Assembly: GCA_965370965.1 (NCBI GenBank)
Contig: CBDUWQ010000002.1
Location: forward strand, 1-53,840
Direction of reading: 5' to 3'
DNA: 53,840 nucleotides
Source: an uncultured Bacteroidales bacterium
GTDB taxonomy: Bacteria > Bacteroidota > Bacteroidia > Bacteroidales > SZUA-534
The position numbers and the translations under genes were made by a program. Positions 9,431 through 17,716 of this stretch are shown here, in pieces. Under the pieces are notes generated by a model. The model saw only the letters and a list, made by a program, of their open reading frames with translations, did no database searches and had not been told where the DNA came from. How positions within the stretch are numbered: the first letter of the stretch is position 1; each line of letters starts with the position of its first letter.

Positions 9431-10741
9431 ATGAAATTTTATAACAGAGAATCGGAGTTGAGTTTGCTGTCAACAATTGAAAAAAGAACTGATAGCAGTG
9501 CCCAATTAACATTAATGTTAGGCAGAAGGCGTGTTGGTAAAACAAGATTGTTGCATAAATATATTGAAAACAGAAGAGCGGTTTACCTGTTTGTTGCAAA
9601 AAAAAATGAAGCGTTGTTGTGTGCTGAATTTATTGAGACAATAAAGAATGAGTTAAAAATTCCAATTATTGGCGAGTTAACAACATTTAAGCAGATTTTT
9701 GAACTACTGTTGTATTCTTCGGAGTATGAAAATTTTACAGTTGTGATAGACGAATTTCAGGATTTTGGCAAGATTAATCCGTCTATTTACAGTGATATGC
9801 AAAACATTTGGAATAAGTATAAACATAAAAGTAAATTGAATTTGATTGTGTGTGGTTCAATTTATTCGTTAATGAAAAAAATATTTGAAAATTCGAAAGA
9901 ACCCCTGTTTGGTAGGGTAAATGAGCGAATATTATTAGAGCCTTTTAATATTAATGTAATAAAGCAAATGTTAGTAGAATCAAATCTTAAATTCACTAAT
10001 AAAGACTTGCTATTTTTTTATGCGATTACCGGTGGTATGGCAAAATATACCGAGATTTTAATTGAGCGTAAGGCTGTTAAAACTACATTAATAATAAACG
10101 AGATTTTTAGAAAGAATTCGTTATTAATTGATGAAGGACGTAATTTACTTATTGAAGAGATGGGTAGGGATTATGCAACTTATTTTTCTATTCTTTCGTT
10201 AATTGCATCATCAAAAACTTCGCGCCAGGCAATTGAATCAATATTGCAAAAAGATATTGGTGGCTATTTAGATAAGTTAGAAAATGAATATTCAATAATA
10301 AAAAAAGTACGTCCTATTTTGTCGAAACCACAAAGCAGAACTGTAAAATATTATATAAATGATAATTTTTTAAATTTCTGGTTTCGGTTTATTTTTAAAT
10401 ATTCATCGGCAGTTGAGATTCAAAATTATGAATATTTGAAGAAAATAGTAAAACGCGATTTTGATTTATACTCGGGCAGAGTGCTTGAAAAGTATTTTAA
10501 AGAGAAGCTAATACTTGAATCTAATTATTCGGAAATTGGCAGTTATTGGGAACGAGGAAATAAAAATGAAATTGATATTGTGGCAATAAATAAGCGAGAA
10601 AAGAAAGTACTTATTGCCGAGGTAAAACTGAATGCTGATAAGATAAGTTTAGATGTTTTAATTCTAAAATCGCAAAAGTTGATTCAAAAACTTATAGGCT
10701 ATAGGGTTGAGTATAGAGGCTTGAGCATTGATGATATGTAG
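9431..10741 (+). CDS. ATP-binding protein, archaeal-type ATPase with DUF234-like C-terminus
   Basis: Walker A is MLGRRRVGKTRLL and Walker B is VVIDEFQD. The C-terminal half matches the DUF234-style architecture. The track start at 9407 is a TTG, and the ATG at 9431 (MKFYNRESEL) is preferred. Confidence 0.75.
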   Translation: MKFYNRESELSLLSTIEKRTDSSAQLTLMLGRRRVGKTRLLHKYIENRRAVYLFVAKKNEALLCAEFIETIKNELKIPIIGELTTFKQIFELLLYSSEYENFTVVIDEFQDFGKINPSIYSDMQNIWNKYKHKSKLNLIVCGSIYSLMKKIFENSKEPLFGRVNERILLEPFNINVIKQMLVESNLKFTNKDLLFFYAITGGMAKYTEILIERKAVKTTLIINEIFRKNSLLIDEGRNLLIEEMGRDYATYFSILSLIASSKTSRQAIESILQKDIGGYLDKLENEYSIIKKVRPILSKPQSRTVKYYINDNFLNFWFRFIFKYSSAVEIQNYEYLKKIVKRDFDLYSGRVLEKYFKEKLILESNYSEIGSYWERGNKNEIDIVAINKREKKVLIAEVKLNADKISLDVLILKSQKLIQKLIGYRVEYRGLSIDDM

Positions 10742-10853
10742 CGATTGAATGGATTGATAAAAATTAAGTAATTTTATCCGTTTATAATTTGTGTCCATTA
10801 TTTGCTATTTGCCACAGATGTTTAATCATTTTTAGTACGTCTCAATAAATATA

Positions 10854-11807
10854 TCAGTCATGTGTTGTTTCATCCATAACATGATAATGAGGTCGTTTTT
10901 TCGATTCATCGAATAAAAAACCAATATAGTCGCTCATAATTCCTAAAACAAAAAACTGAATACTAAACATTGCGCTCATAAGTACAACAATTGTTGTATA
11001 ACCTGGCGATGGTTGCCCCATAAATCGCATTACTACAGAAACTAAGCCTACAATAATACTTAAAAAAGCAAACAATAATCCGGTATAAATGCCTATTCGT
11101 AATGGAGCTTTTGTTAAAGCTGAAATTGCTGAAAACGAAAATACTACAAGTTTTAAAAATGAATACTTGCTTTCTCCGGCAACTCTCTTGGGTGCAATAA
11201 ATGGCAATTTCTCTTTATTAAATCCTATTATTTGAATAATCCCTCGTAAAAAACGCGTACGCTCTCTATAATCATTTTTTAAAATATTAACTACCCTTTT
11301 TGATAATAAGAAAAAATCGGAAGCATTTGGTTCAATAGTAACATTTGTCATTTTATTTAAAATGCCATAAAAGAGTTTCGACATAAGGTTTTTTTGAATT
11401 CCCCCATCTTTTCTATCTTCTCTAATCATATTTATTATGTCAGCACCATTTTTATAAGTAGCCACCATATCTTTTAAACAACTTGGTGGATGCTGTAAAT
11501 CACTGTCCATACATACTATTGCATCTGCATTTGAGTAGTCAAGCCCTGCAAGCATTGCAGCTTCATGTCCAAAATTTCTTGAGAAGTTTAGTATTTTTAT
11601 GTTATTGTCATTTTTGGCATAATCGCGCAATATTTTGATACTATTATCTGAGCTGCCATCATTTACAAAAATAATTTGATAAGTAATATCTAATAATTCC
11701 AGCTCCTTTTTGAGCACCGGATAAAAGTATGGCAATGATTCTTGCTCATTATATACTGATACTACAACGCAAAGGTTTACTTCGGTCATTCTAACTGTGT
11801 TTTTCAT
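10854..11807 (-). CDS. GT2 polyprenyl-phosphate glycosyltransferase (GtrB/CsbB/ArnC/DPM1-like)
   Basis: GT-A motifs VVSVYNEQ, VNDGSSDNS and DSDLQHPP are followed by two C-terminal TM helices (LRIGIYTGLLFAFLSIIVGLV, TTIVVLMSAMFSIQFFVLGIM). That layout is typical of the lipid-phosphate-sugar synthases. An alternative ATG at 11789 would remove the 17-nt overlap with the upstream gene. Confidence 0.85.
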   Translation of the reverse strand: MKNTVRMTEVNLCVVVSVYNEQESLPYFYPVLKKELELLDITYQIIFVNDGSSDNSIKILRDYAKNDNNIKILNFSRNFGHEAAMLAGLDYSNADAIVCMDSDLQHPPSCLKDMVATYKNGADIINMIREDRKDGGIQKNLMSKLFYGILNKMTNVTIEPNASDFFLLSKRVVNILKNDYRERTRFLRGIIQIIGFNKEKLPFIAPKRVAGESKYSFLKLVVFSFSAISALTKAPLRIGIYTGLLFAFLSIIVGLVSVVMRFMGQPSPGYTTIVVLMSAMFSIQFFVLGIMSDYIGFLFDESKKRPHYHVMDETTHD

Positions 11808-12540
11808 TTTCTAAAAAAGTATTAGCAATATCATATTTCGGATTTCTACACTCATAAAATCTATATAAACCCAATGATTTATGAATTCCAAAAACATTGC
11901 ATTTTATATCAGAATAAAAATGCTTTAAAACCACCTCAATATCATTGGCACTATTAACATGTTCATGATATAGTAGTGTTGAGTATTTTAAATTGTACTT
12001 GAATTTAAATTCAAGTCCTGTAGTAAACATCCACCCAAGTTTCCACAAAATTGTACCCTCATTAGGAATAGCAACTCGTAATGTTCCTCCTTTATTAAGT
12101 AGTGTGCATGTTTTGGCGACTACATAGGGTAAATTTGTAATATGCTCAAATGTTGCAACAGATGTAATTCTTTCATATTTTTTATTCTCTATTTCACTAA
12201 TGTCTGTATAAATTGAGTTAATTTTTTTAAGTTCAGGTGCGTCCTTAAATAAATCTTTAAAAGGCTCAATTATGTCATAAACAGTATCTGCTTCATATTG
12301 CAATTGGTTTAGTGTTCCGGCTCCAATCTCTAATGTACTCTCAGGTATTTTATTTTTCAAGTCGGCAGCGACCTTTTTATGCATCCACGCTTCCATTTTT
12401 TGAGAAAGTGAAGCAGCAGATGTTCCTCCATCACGGTTACTTTTATAATGATTAGAATAAATTTGCTGATATGCCTCAGGTAAAATTGACCTCTGTTTTG
12501 GGAATTCATGCATAATTGTCTGATGTGTTTTTTCAGTCAT
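11791..12540 (-). CDS. Class I SAM-dependent methyltransferase
   Basis: 249 aa with motif I LEIGAGTLNQL and a post-I acidic residue. The start ATG lies 1 nt after the upstream stop (TGA-T-ATG). Confidence 0.65.
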   Translation of the reverse strand: MTEKTHQTIMHEFPKQRSILPEAYQQIYSNHYKSNRDGGTSAASLSQKMEAWMHKKVAADLKNKIPESTLEIGAGTLNQLQYEADTVYDIIEPFKDLFKDAPELKKINSIYTDISEIENKKYERITSVATFEHITNLPYVVAKTCTLLNKGGTLRVAIPNEGTILWKLGWMFTTGLEFKFKYNLKYSTLLYHEHVNSANDIEVVLKHFYSDIKCNVFGIHKSLGLYRFYECRNPKYDIANTFLENEKHS

Positions 12541-12541
12541 A

Positions 12542-14404
12542 TCATTTAAGTATTACATCAACAAAATTAGAGTTATTCAAATGTGAAATATTTATAGTAT
12601 TCATATTAATATCATCAGCTATTATTTTAACAGGTTTAAAATAGTTGTTAAAATTCCAATATTTATATCTAACATAAGCCTGTTTATTGTTGGAATAAAA
12701 TAGTTTGTTGTTTACTGAATAAGAACTTGAATTATGAGCAAAAGAGATTGTAAAATCTTTATATGATGAGTAATTATAGCAAACTATACTGTCAGAAAGT
12801 ATTATAGTATTTATTGAATCAACAATTGACTTTTGAGATATGGGTCCAAAGGCTATAAACCTATCCATATCTTTCTTACTATAATTATATTTTAAATAGT
12901 ATATATTTTCTCTTTTATTGTTAAGGGCATTTATAAGTTTGTTTTTTGATTTGATAAATTTAATATTCTTATTTGTTTTTAGATGAATATAATTATCCCA
13001 TTTATAGCCTTGACTATACATGTAACTTATTTTTGAATTTTTGTATAGGTTTGGAGAATATACAAAGGCATTTTCAGGCAATGATTTAAATTCATCAGTC
13101 TCAATAAACTCATCAATACATTTGAAAGTATACAATGGCTGCTGAAGGTCTTTAACTGCATGGTAATTAATGTAATCAGTTAAAATTGAACCAATACTAA
13201 TTACAATACCAATTATAGTAATTAAAACTCTTTTTATAATTGAATTTTGTAAAAATGAAACTAATGAGAAGATAATAGTAATTGCAAAAACGACTGAAAA
13301 GAAGCCAAATAATGTTGTAATATAATTATCCATTCCCGGATATTGATATGTATATTTTTCGGTTAATGCTAACGGTATTTGTGGTATATAAATAAATAAA
13401 ACGGCTGCTATAAAAATAATCAGAATCCTTTTTATTTCTTTAATTTTCATAGAATTTAAAAATACAAAAGAGATGCTGCCTATAACTATAGCCTTTATAT
13501 ACCACAAATAATTTGCTGTTTCAAGTATATAACCTAAGTTTTGAATATGATTTTTTAATAGTGGACTTGTGTGCCAAAAAACGGATTTTCCAAAAAAGAA
13601 AAAATAGCAAGGATATGCTCCTCTGGAAAGATCAAAAATTGTATTTAGTCCATCATAAAATTTAAATCCATTAGCTATAGATGTTCCTGAATAATCCGGT
13701 GGATAATATAATCTATAAGCAAAATAGGAAATTACATAAACTAAACCTGTAATAAAAAAAGGTGTCGATACTTTTATAATATTTGATAGTTTGTTTTTTA
13801 TAAAGGCATGCCTTATCTTGTTACTATAATTCAAACTTGATAGAATAATAAGTGGAGCATACAATAAATAAACTTCGTAAAAAATTAAACCTGTAACAAA
13901 AAATACTATTGATAGAATTCTATGTTTTTTAGTATATGATTTGCTATATTTTAGTGCATAATAAATTGATGATAAAACAAAAATAAAAGAGCCTGTAAAA
14001 TACCATTGGAATGATACAATTGGATTATTTCGACCTTTTATGGTAATGAATGTTAAAAGGAGAATATATAATAAATAAGTTATCCATTTGTTGTTAAATA
14101 ATTGTTTAATAATAGCACTTAACAGAATCAAATTTATTGTTAATAGAATAATATTGATTGTTTTTATTACTATTAAGTTATGTATTAAGTATGGTAAGTT
14201 GTAAAGTGGTTTTGTTAACAAAAAATAGAAACGCCCGGCTCTTTCTGCGTAATTTACAGCATCACTCTTGTAATTTTTAATTAAGCCGGATATGAGAAAT
14301 TCGGCATCGTCGCCTGTAGCAATACCTGTTTTAATAAATGGAATTAATACAATAGCTGTTATTGAAGAAAGTAATAAAAAAAGAAATACTTTTTCTGTTT
14401 TCAT
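12542..14404 (-). CDS. Polytopic membrane protein, putative GT-C-type glycosyltransferase (ArnT/PMT/YfhO-like), function uncertain
   Basis: 620 aa. It has roughly 12 predicted TM helices followed by a soluble tail of about 200 aa. An acidic motif, GIATGDDAEF, sits in the first loop, as in GT-C enzymes. It lies in the same sub-operon as a GtrB-like GT2. The coding sequence is extremely AT-rich. Confidence 0.55.
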   Translation of the reverse strand: MKTEKVFLFLLLSSITAIVLIPFIKTGIATGDDAEFLISGLIKNYKSDAVNYAERAGRFYFLLTKPLYNLPYLIHNLIVIKTINIILLTINLILLSAIIKQLFNNKWITYLLYILLLTFITIKGRNNPIVSFQWYFTGSFIFVLSSIYYALKYSKSYTKKHRILSIVFFVTGLIFYEVYLLYAPLIILSSLNYSNKIRHAFIKNKLSNIIKVSTPFFITGLVYVISYFAYRLYYPPDYSGTSIANGFKFYDGLNTIFDLSRGAYPCYFFFFGKSVFWHTSPLLKNHIQNLGYILETANYLWYIKAIVIGSISFVFLNSMKIKEIKRILIIFIAAVLFIYIPQIPLALTEKYTYQYPGMDNYITTLFGFFSVVFAITIIFSLVSFLQNSIIKRVLITIIGIVISIGSILTDYINYHAVKDLQQPLYTFKCIDEFIETDEFKSLPENAFVYSPNLYKNSKISYMYSQGYKWDNYIHLKTNKNIKFIKSKNKLINALNNKRENIYYLKYNYSKKDMDRFIAFGPISQKSIVDSINTIILSDSIVCYNYSSYKDFTISFAHNSSSYSVNNKLFYSNNKQAYVRYKYWNFNNYFKPVKIIADDINMNTINISHLNNSNFVDVILK

Positions 14405-14426
14405 GTTTTTTATAGAGATTTGTTTG

Positions 14427-14434
14427 CAAATGTA
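14427..14434 (-). promoter_or_regulatory. Candidate Bacteroidota -7 box (TAnnTTTG) for the GT-C/methyltransferase/GT2 sub-operon
   Basis: The minus strand reads TACATTTG, 23-30 nt upstream of the ATG at 14404. It sits inside the only sizeable gap (261 bp) in the same-strand array. Confidence 0.3.
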
Positions 14435-14665
14435 ATAAGGTTAAACAATATCTTGTATTTTTTATTAACTGATTTGAATTATGGAGAAACAAAACATGTA
14501 TTTTTCTGTCAATAAAACTCAAGAAAAACTGCGTTACGCTTACCTTCAAAATGGTCATCTCAAAACAAGTTATGACCTACATTTTTCAAGTTTCGCAAGT
14601 CTATAAAACAAAAATAACGACTTTATGAACAGGCTTTATTTAACGTTATAAATATAAACAATCAG

Positions 14666-17600
14666 TTATTCTACTCTTTTCCAATTTTTTAAATTAAATA
14701 TATTATTGGTTACTTCAAAATGTTTGTACACCTTAAGTGTTCTTTGTTCAAGCATATGGCTTTCCCAAGGAGTAAAAATAGTTTGCAGTATTCTGTATGC
14801 TGAATCTATTTTTGTTGGATCATTTTCATTAAAGATAATAGCTGGTGCATCAGCATTACTCATTAAGCGCCAGTCTTCTTTAAGTGGTCCATGTGAATTA
14901 AAATCTTTTGTTAATAATAAAGCATTGAGTCTCCAGTAATATCGTTCTCTTATTTTTGTTAAATCATCTTTATCCCATTTAACAGGCGATTCAAAATCAA
15001 GAGGCCCATCATATTGATACCAAGTTGCCCCATGGTCTGAAACTATGACAATTTTTGTATTGTCGTAAACATCATTGGCTTTCATCCATTTAATCCAAAT
15101 GCTGAATTGTTTAATAAACCATTTGTTATTTTCATATGGTGAAACATTGTTAACCATTTTTCCATTATCGGTTATAATACTCCATGGATTGTGAAGTGCA
15201 TGGAAATGAATATAAATAAAACTTGGTTTATCAGCATTAGTATTTGAAATATATGGCCAAAGTCGGGCAAAGTTGAAATTTTTTAATACTGCAGGTTCAG
15301 TAGATTTATATTGATAGTGAGATAGCCATTTTTTATTGTTGTATATTTTAGGTTTAAAAAAAAGGGGTACGCTATAGAAAATGGCATTTTCATATAAACG
15401 TGTGTACCATATTTCGTGAAAAATACCTAAATGTAAATCATCAGACCATTTTCTCCAACTATCGTCCCATTTGGGAATAAAAGTGTCGAATTGGCTTTTG
15501 TCTATTCCAGAAAGGTGCATTTTGGTACTGGAATATGTGTAACCTTTCGATTTTACTTTTTGAACAAATAGATTGGAAACTTTGGTTATCTTTTCTTTAA
15601 TGGTATGTCCATTATCTTTATTCATCCATGTTACAGAATATTTATGTCCACCAAATAAAGATGTAAGGGATGAGTGAGTATAGTTAGAATGAGATAATGT
15701 GTTGGGATACCATATAAATCCCTCAAAAGTTTCTTTTAGTTCAGGATTCTCCTCGATTATTTGTCTTATAAACCATCCTTGAAATCCATCAGCTAAAAAA
15801 TATATTATATTTTGTTTATCTTTTGAGAAAGCGATTTCTCCTTGCATTGAATTAGCACCTAATTCTGTGTTTATTTTAAAGAAGAATCCAGTTTTTGCGG
15901 TTTTGTATAAACTATTCCCTATTAGAAAAATATTGAGCAAAACTAATACACCGATAATGGCTTTTGTGTATTTTTTGCAATAAACCCATCTCACACCTAT
16001 AAAAACACCAATAAGTAAAAATGCCTCAAGTATATAATTAATTATTGGTGCAGCAAGTTTCTCTTGTTCGGCAAACCTCGATTCTTGCAACGACCCTAAA
16101 TTGATAGGAATTACTGAGCTGTAAATAAATGTTAGTGTAGCGATTACAAGTACAAACAGCAACCATATTCTTTTAATTTTTTTTGGAAGAACAGCAAAAA
16201 GGATTATTACAGTGGTTAAGCTGATTAGAAATAGGTTGAAATTATTTTTTAAAATCTTAATTGCCGGAAAATCAAATGTTTCAGGTGATGATGAAAATAC
16301 AAGTAGTGGATTCCAGAAGAATATAAGGCCAACAATATATAATGTGGCTAATATGTATATAAGCCAGTTGGATTTTGCAGATGTTGCAAGTTTAATTTTA
16401 CGATAATTGAAATAATACGGAATAGTAATTAGTGAAAAAAGAATACCTGACAGAACGAAATTCGACAAAGTGCTATTCTCAACCGTAATGTTAATATTGG
16501 ACATGCTAAGCAAAATTTCTTTGCCGCCAAGGAATACTATTAGGTTAAATATTTGGCAGATAAAGATAAATATTAACAAAAATGAGGTAATGTGTAAAAG
16601 AATGGGTTTTGTGTATTTTGCCATTCGCGTGGTGTATAAAAAACCTATGATTTGCAAAGGAATAAGGGCTGTTATGGAAAGCGCACTGAGGGTTGTATTT
16701 ACCCCTGTAAAATACAATTCACCTGCCAAATAAAAATAAAATGTTAAAAACAGAATCGAAAAATAGATTTTGGGTTTTACCTGAATTTTTGAGATAAGTG
16801 GTTTGTAGTGGTTAAATACCAAAATTGATATACCCGCAAATACTGTCAATATAAAACTGCCAGCTATTACTAAAACAATCCGTAAAATAATATCAGCGTA
16901 ACTATTATTTAGCCTTGCCCAGTTTAATTGGCTAAGTACTGCAACAACAGCCAATACAATAAATGTGCGCTTCAATTTCGGGAGCAATGGACTAACCTGT
17001 GTTTTTAAATCGGCAAACCTAATTACGGTACAGCTTTGTTGCTTTTCTACTTTTCTAAACACTTCGGGGTTTGTAATAAACATCCTAAAAAAGCTAAACA
17101 CATTGTTCATGGTCCAGTAAAGCACCAAGCCCGCCGGTAGTTTAAACAATAGTATAAGGAATATACCTGCTACAATAAGCATCTGTTTGCGTTCCGATGT
17201 GTCGCCATTGCGAGTATAAAAATATGCAGTTAACAGGTTTATTAATGTCATGGCAATAGGCAATATGTTTATTGGGCCAAACAGGGCATCGGGTGCGGCA
17301 AGGTCATTAATAAACCAAAAACTGATACCTGCCAGAGGTTCAAATCCTTCCAGAAATTGGTAAGCAGCAATAAAAAATGGTATCTGCAACAGCAGGCTCA
17401 ATATTGGAATTAAAGCTCGCAACGGGCTATAGTTGTGCTGCCTGTTTAGTGTTTTTAAATAGTAATATCTTTCTTGTCCTTTGTAGCACCGTTTTATCTC
17501 ATCAACCAAAGGTTTCATTTTGTGTTTTACCGCATCGTCACGCTTTTTTGCTTTTTCAATTAAAATAAAAATGGGCAGTAAAAGCAGCGAGATGACAAAA

Positions 17601-17710
17601 CTCAGCAATATAATAGATAACCCATAATTATTAGTTAGGCTGTAACTAAACAGAAACAATTGTTTGATTATGAAAATGAAAGGGGATAGTATTATTTCAA
17701 CAGTATTCAT
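14666..17710 (-). CDS. YidC/Oxa1-like insertase core :: polytopic TM region :: LtaS/sulfatase-like (alkaline-phosphatase superfamily) domain, paralog 3 of 3
   Basis: 1014 aa. Residues 1-215 align motif by motif with the YidC core: YGLSIILLSFVISLLLLPI, a basic coiled region, NYSPLRALIPILSLLLQIPFFIAAY, FWFINDLAAPD, ILPIAMTLINLL and LPAGLVLYWTMNNVFSFF. About 11 TM helices follow. The C-terminal domain carries sulfatase-type motifs: IIYFLADGFQGW, YPNTLSHSNYTHSS, FIYIHFHALHNPW and IVIVSDHGA. Confidence 0.85.
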   Translation of the reverse strand: MNTVEIILSPFIFIIKQLFLFSYSLTNNYGLSIILLSFVISLLLLPIFILIEKAKKRDDAVKHKMKPLVDEIKRCYKGQERYYYLKTLNRQHNYSPLRALIPILSLLLQIPFFIAAYQFLEGFEPLAGISFWFINDLAAPDALFGPINILPIAMTLINLLTAYFYTRNGDTSERKQMLIVAGIFLILLFKLPAGLVLYWTMNNVFSFFRMFITNPEVFRKVEKQQSCTVIRFADLKTQVSPLLPKLKRTFIVLAVVAVLSQLNWARLNNSYADIILRIVLVIAGSFILTVFAGISILVFNHYKPLISKIQVKPKIYFSILFLTFYFYLAGELYFTGVNTTLSALSITALIPLQIIGFLYTTRMAKYTKPILLHITSFLLIFIFICQIFNLIVFLGGKEILLSMSNINITVENSTLSNFVLSGILFSLITIPYYFNYRKIKLATSAKSNWLIYILATLYIVGLIFFWNPLLVFSSSPETFDFPAIKILKNNFNLFLISLTTVIILFAVLPKKIKRIWLLFVLVIATLTFIYSSVIPINLGSLQESRFAEQEKLAAPIINYILEAFLLIGVFIGVRWVYCKKYTKAIIGVLVLLNIFLIGNSLYKTAKTGFFFKINTELGANSMQGEIAFSKDKQNIIYFLADGFQGWFIRQIIEENPELKETFEGFIWYPNTLSHSNYTHSSLTSLFGGHKYSVTWMNKDNGHTIKEKITKVSNLFVQKVKSKGYTYSSTKMHLSGIDKSQFDTFIPKWDDSWRKWSDDLHLGIFHEIWYTRLYENAIFYSVPLFFKPKIYNNKKWLSHYQYKSTEPAVLKNFNFARLWPYISNTNADKPSFIYIHFHALHNPWSIITDNGKMVNNVSPYENNKWFIKQFSIWIKWMKANDVYDNTKIVIVSDHGATWYQYDGPLDFESPVKWDKDDLTKIRERYYWRLNALLLTKDFNSHGPLKEDWRLMSNADAPAIIFNENDPTKIDSAYRILQTIFTPWESHMLEQRTLKVYKHFEVTNNIFNLKNWKRVE

Positions 17711-17716
17711 ATCTGA

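Noticed and set aside
14331-14558. 75-aa minus-strand ORF overlapping the 5' end of the GT-C-like gene
   Set aside because: It is out of frame with, and overlaps, a much longer gene with a clean ATG. The remainder lies in the promoter-containing gap.
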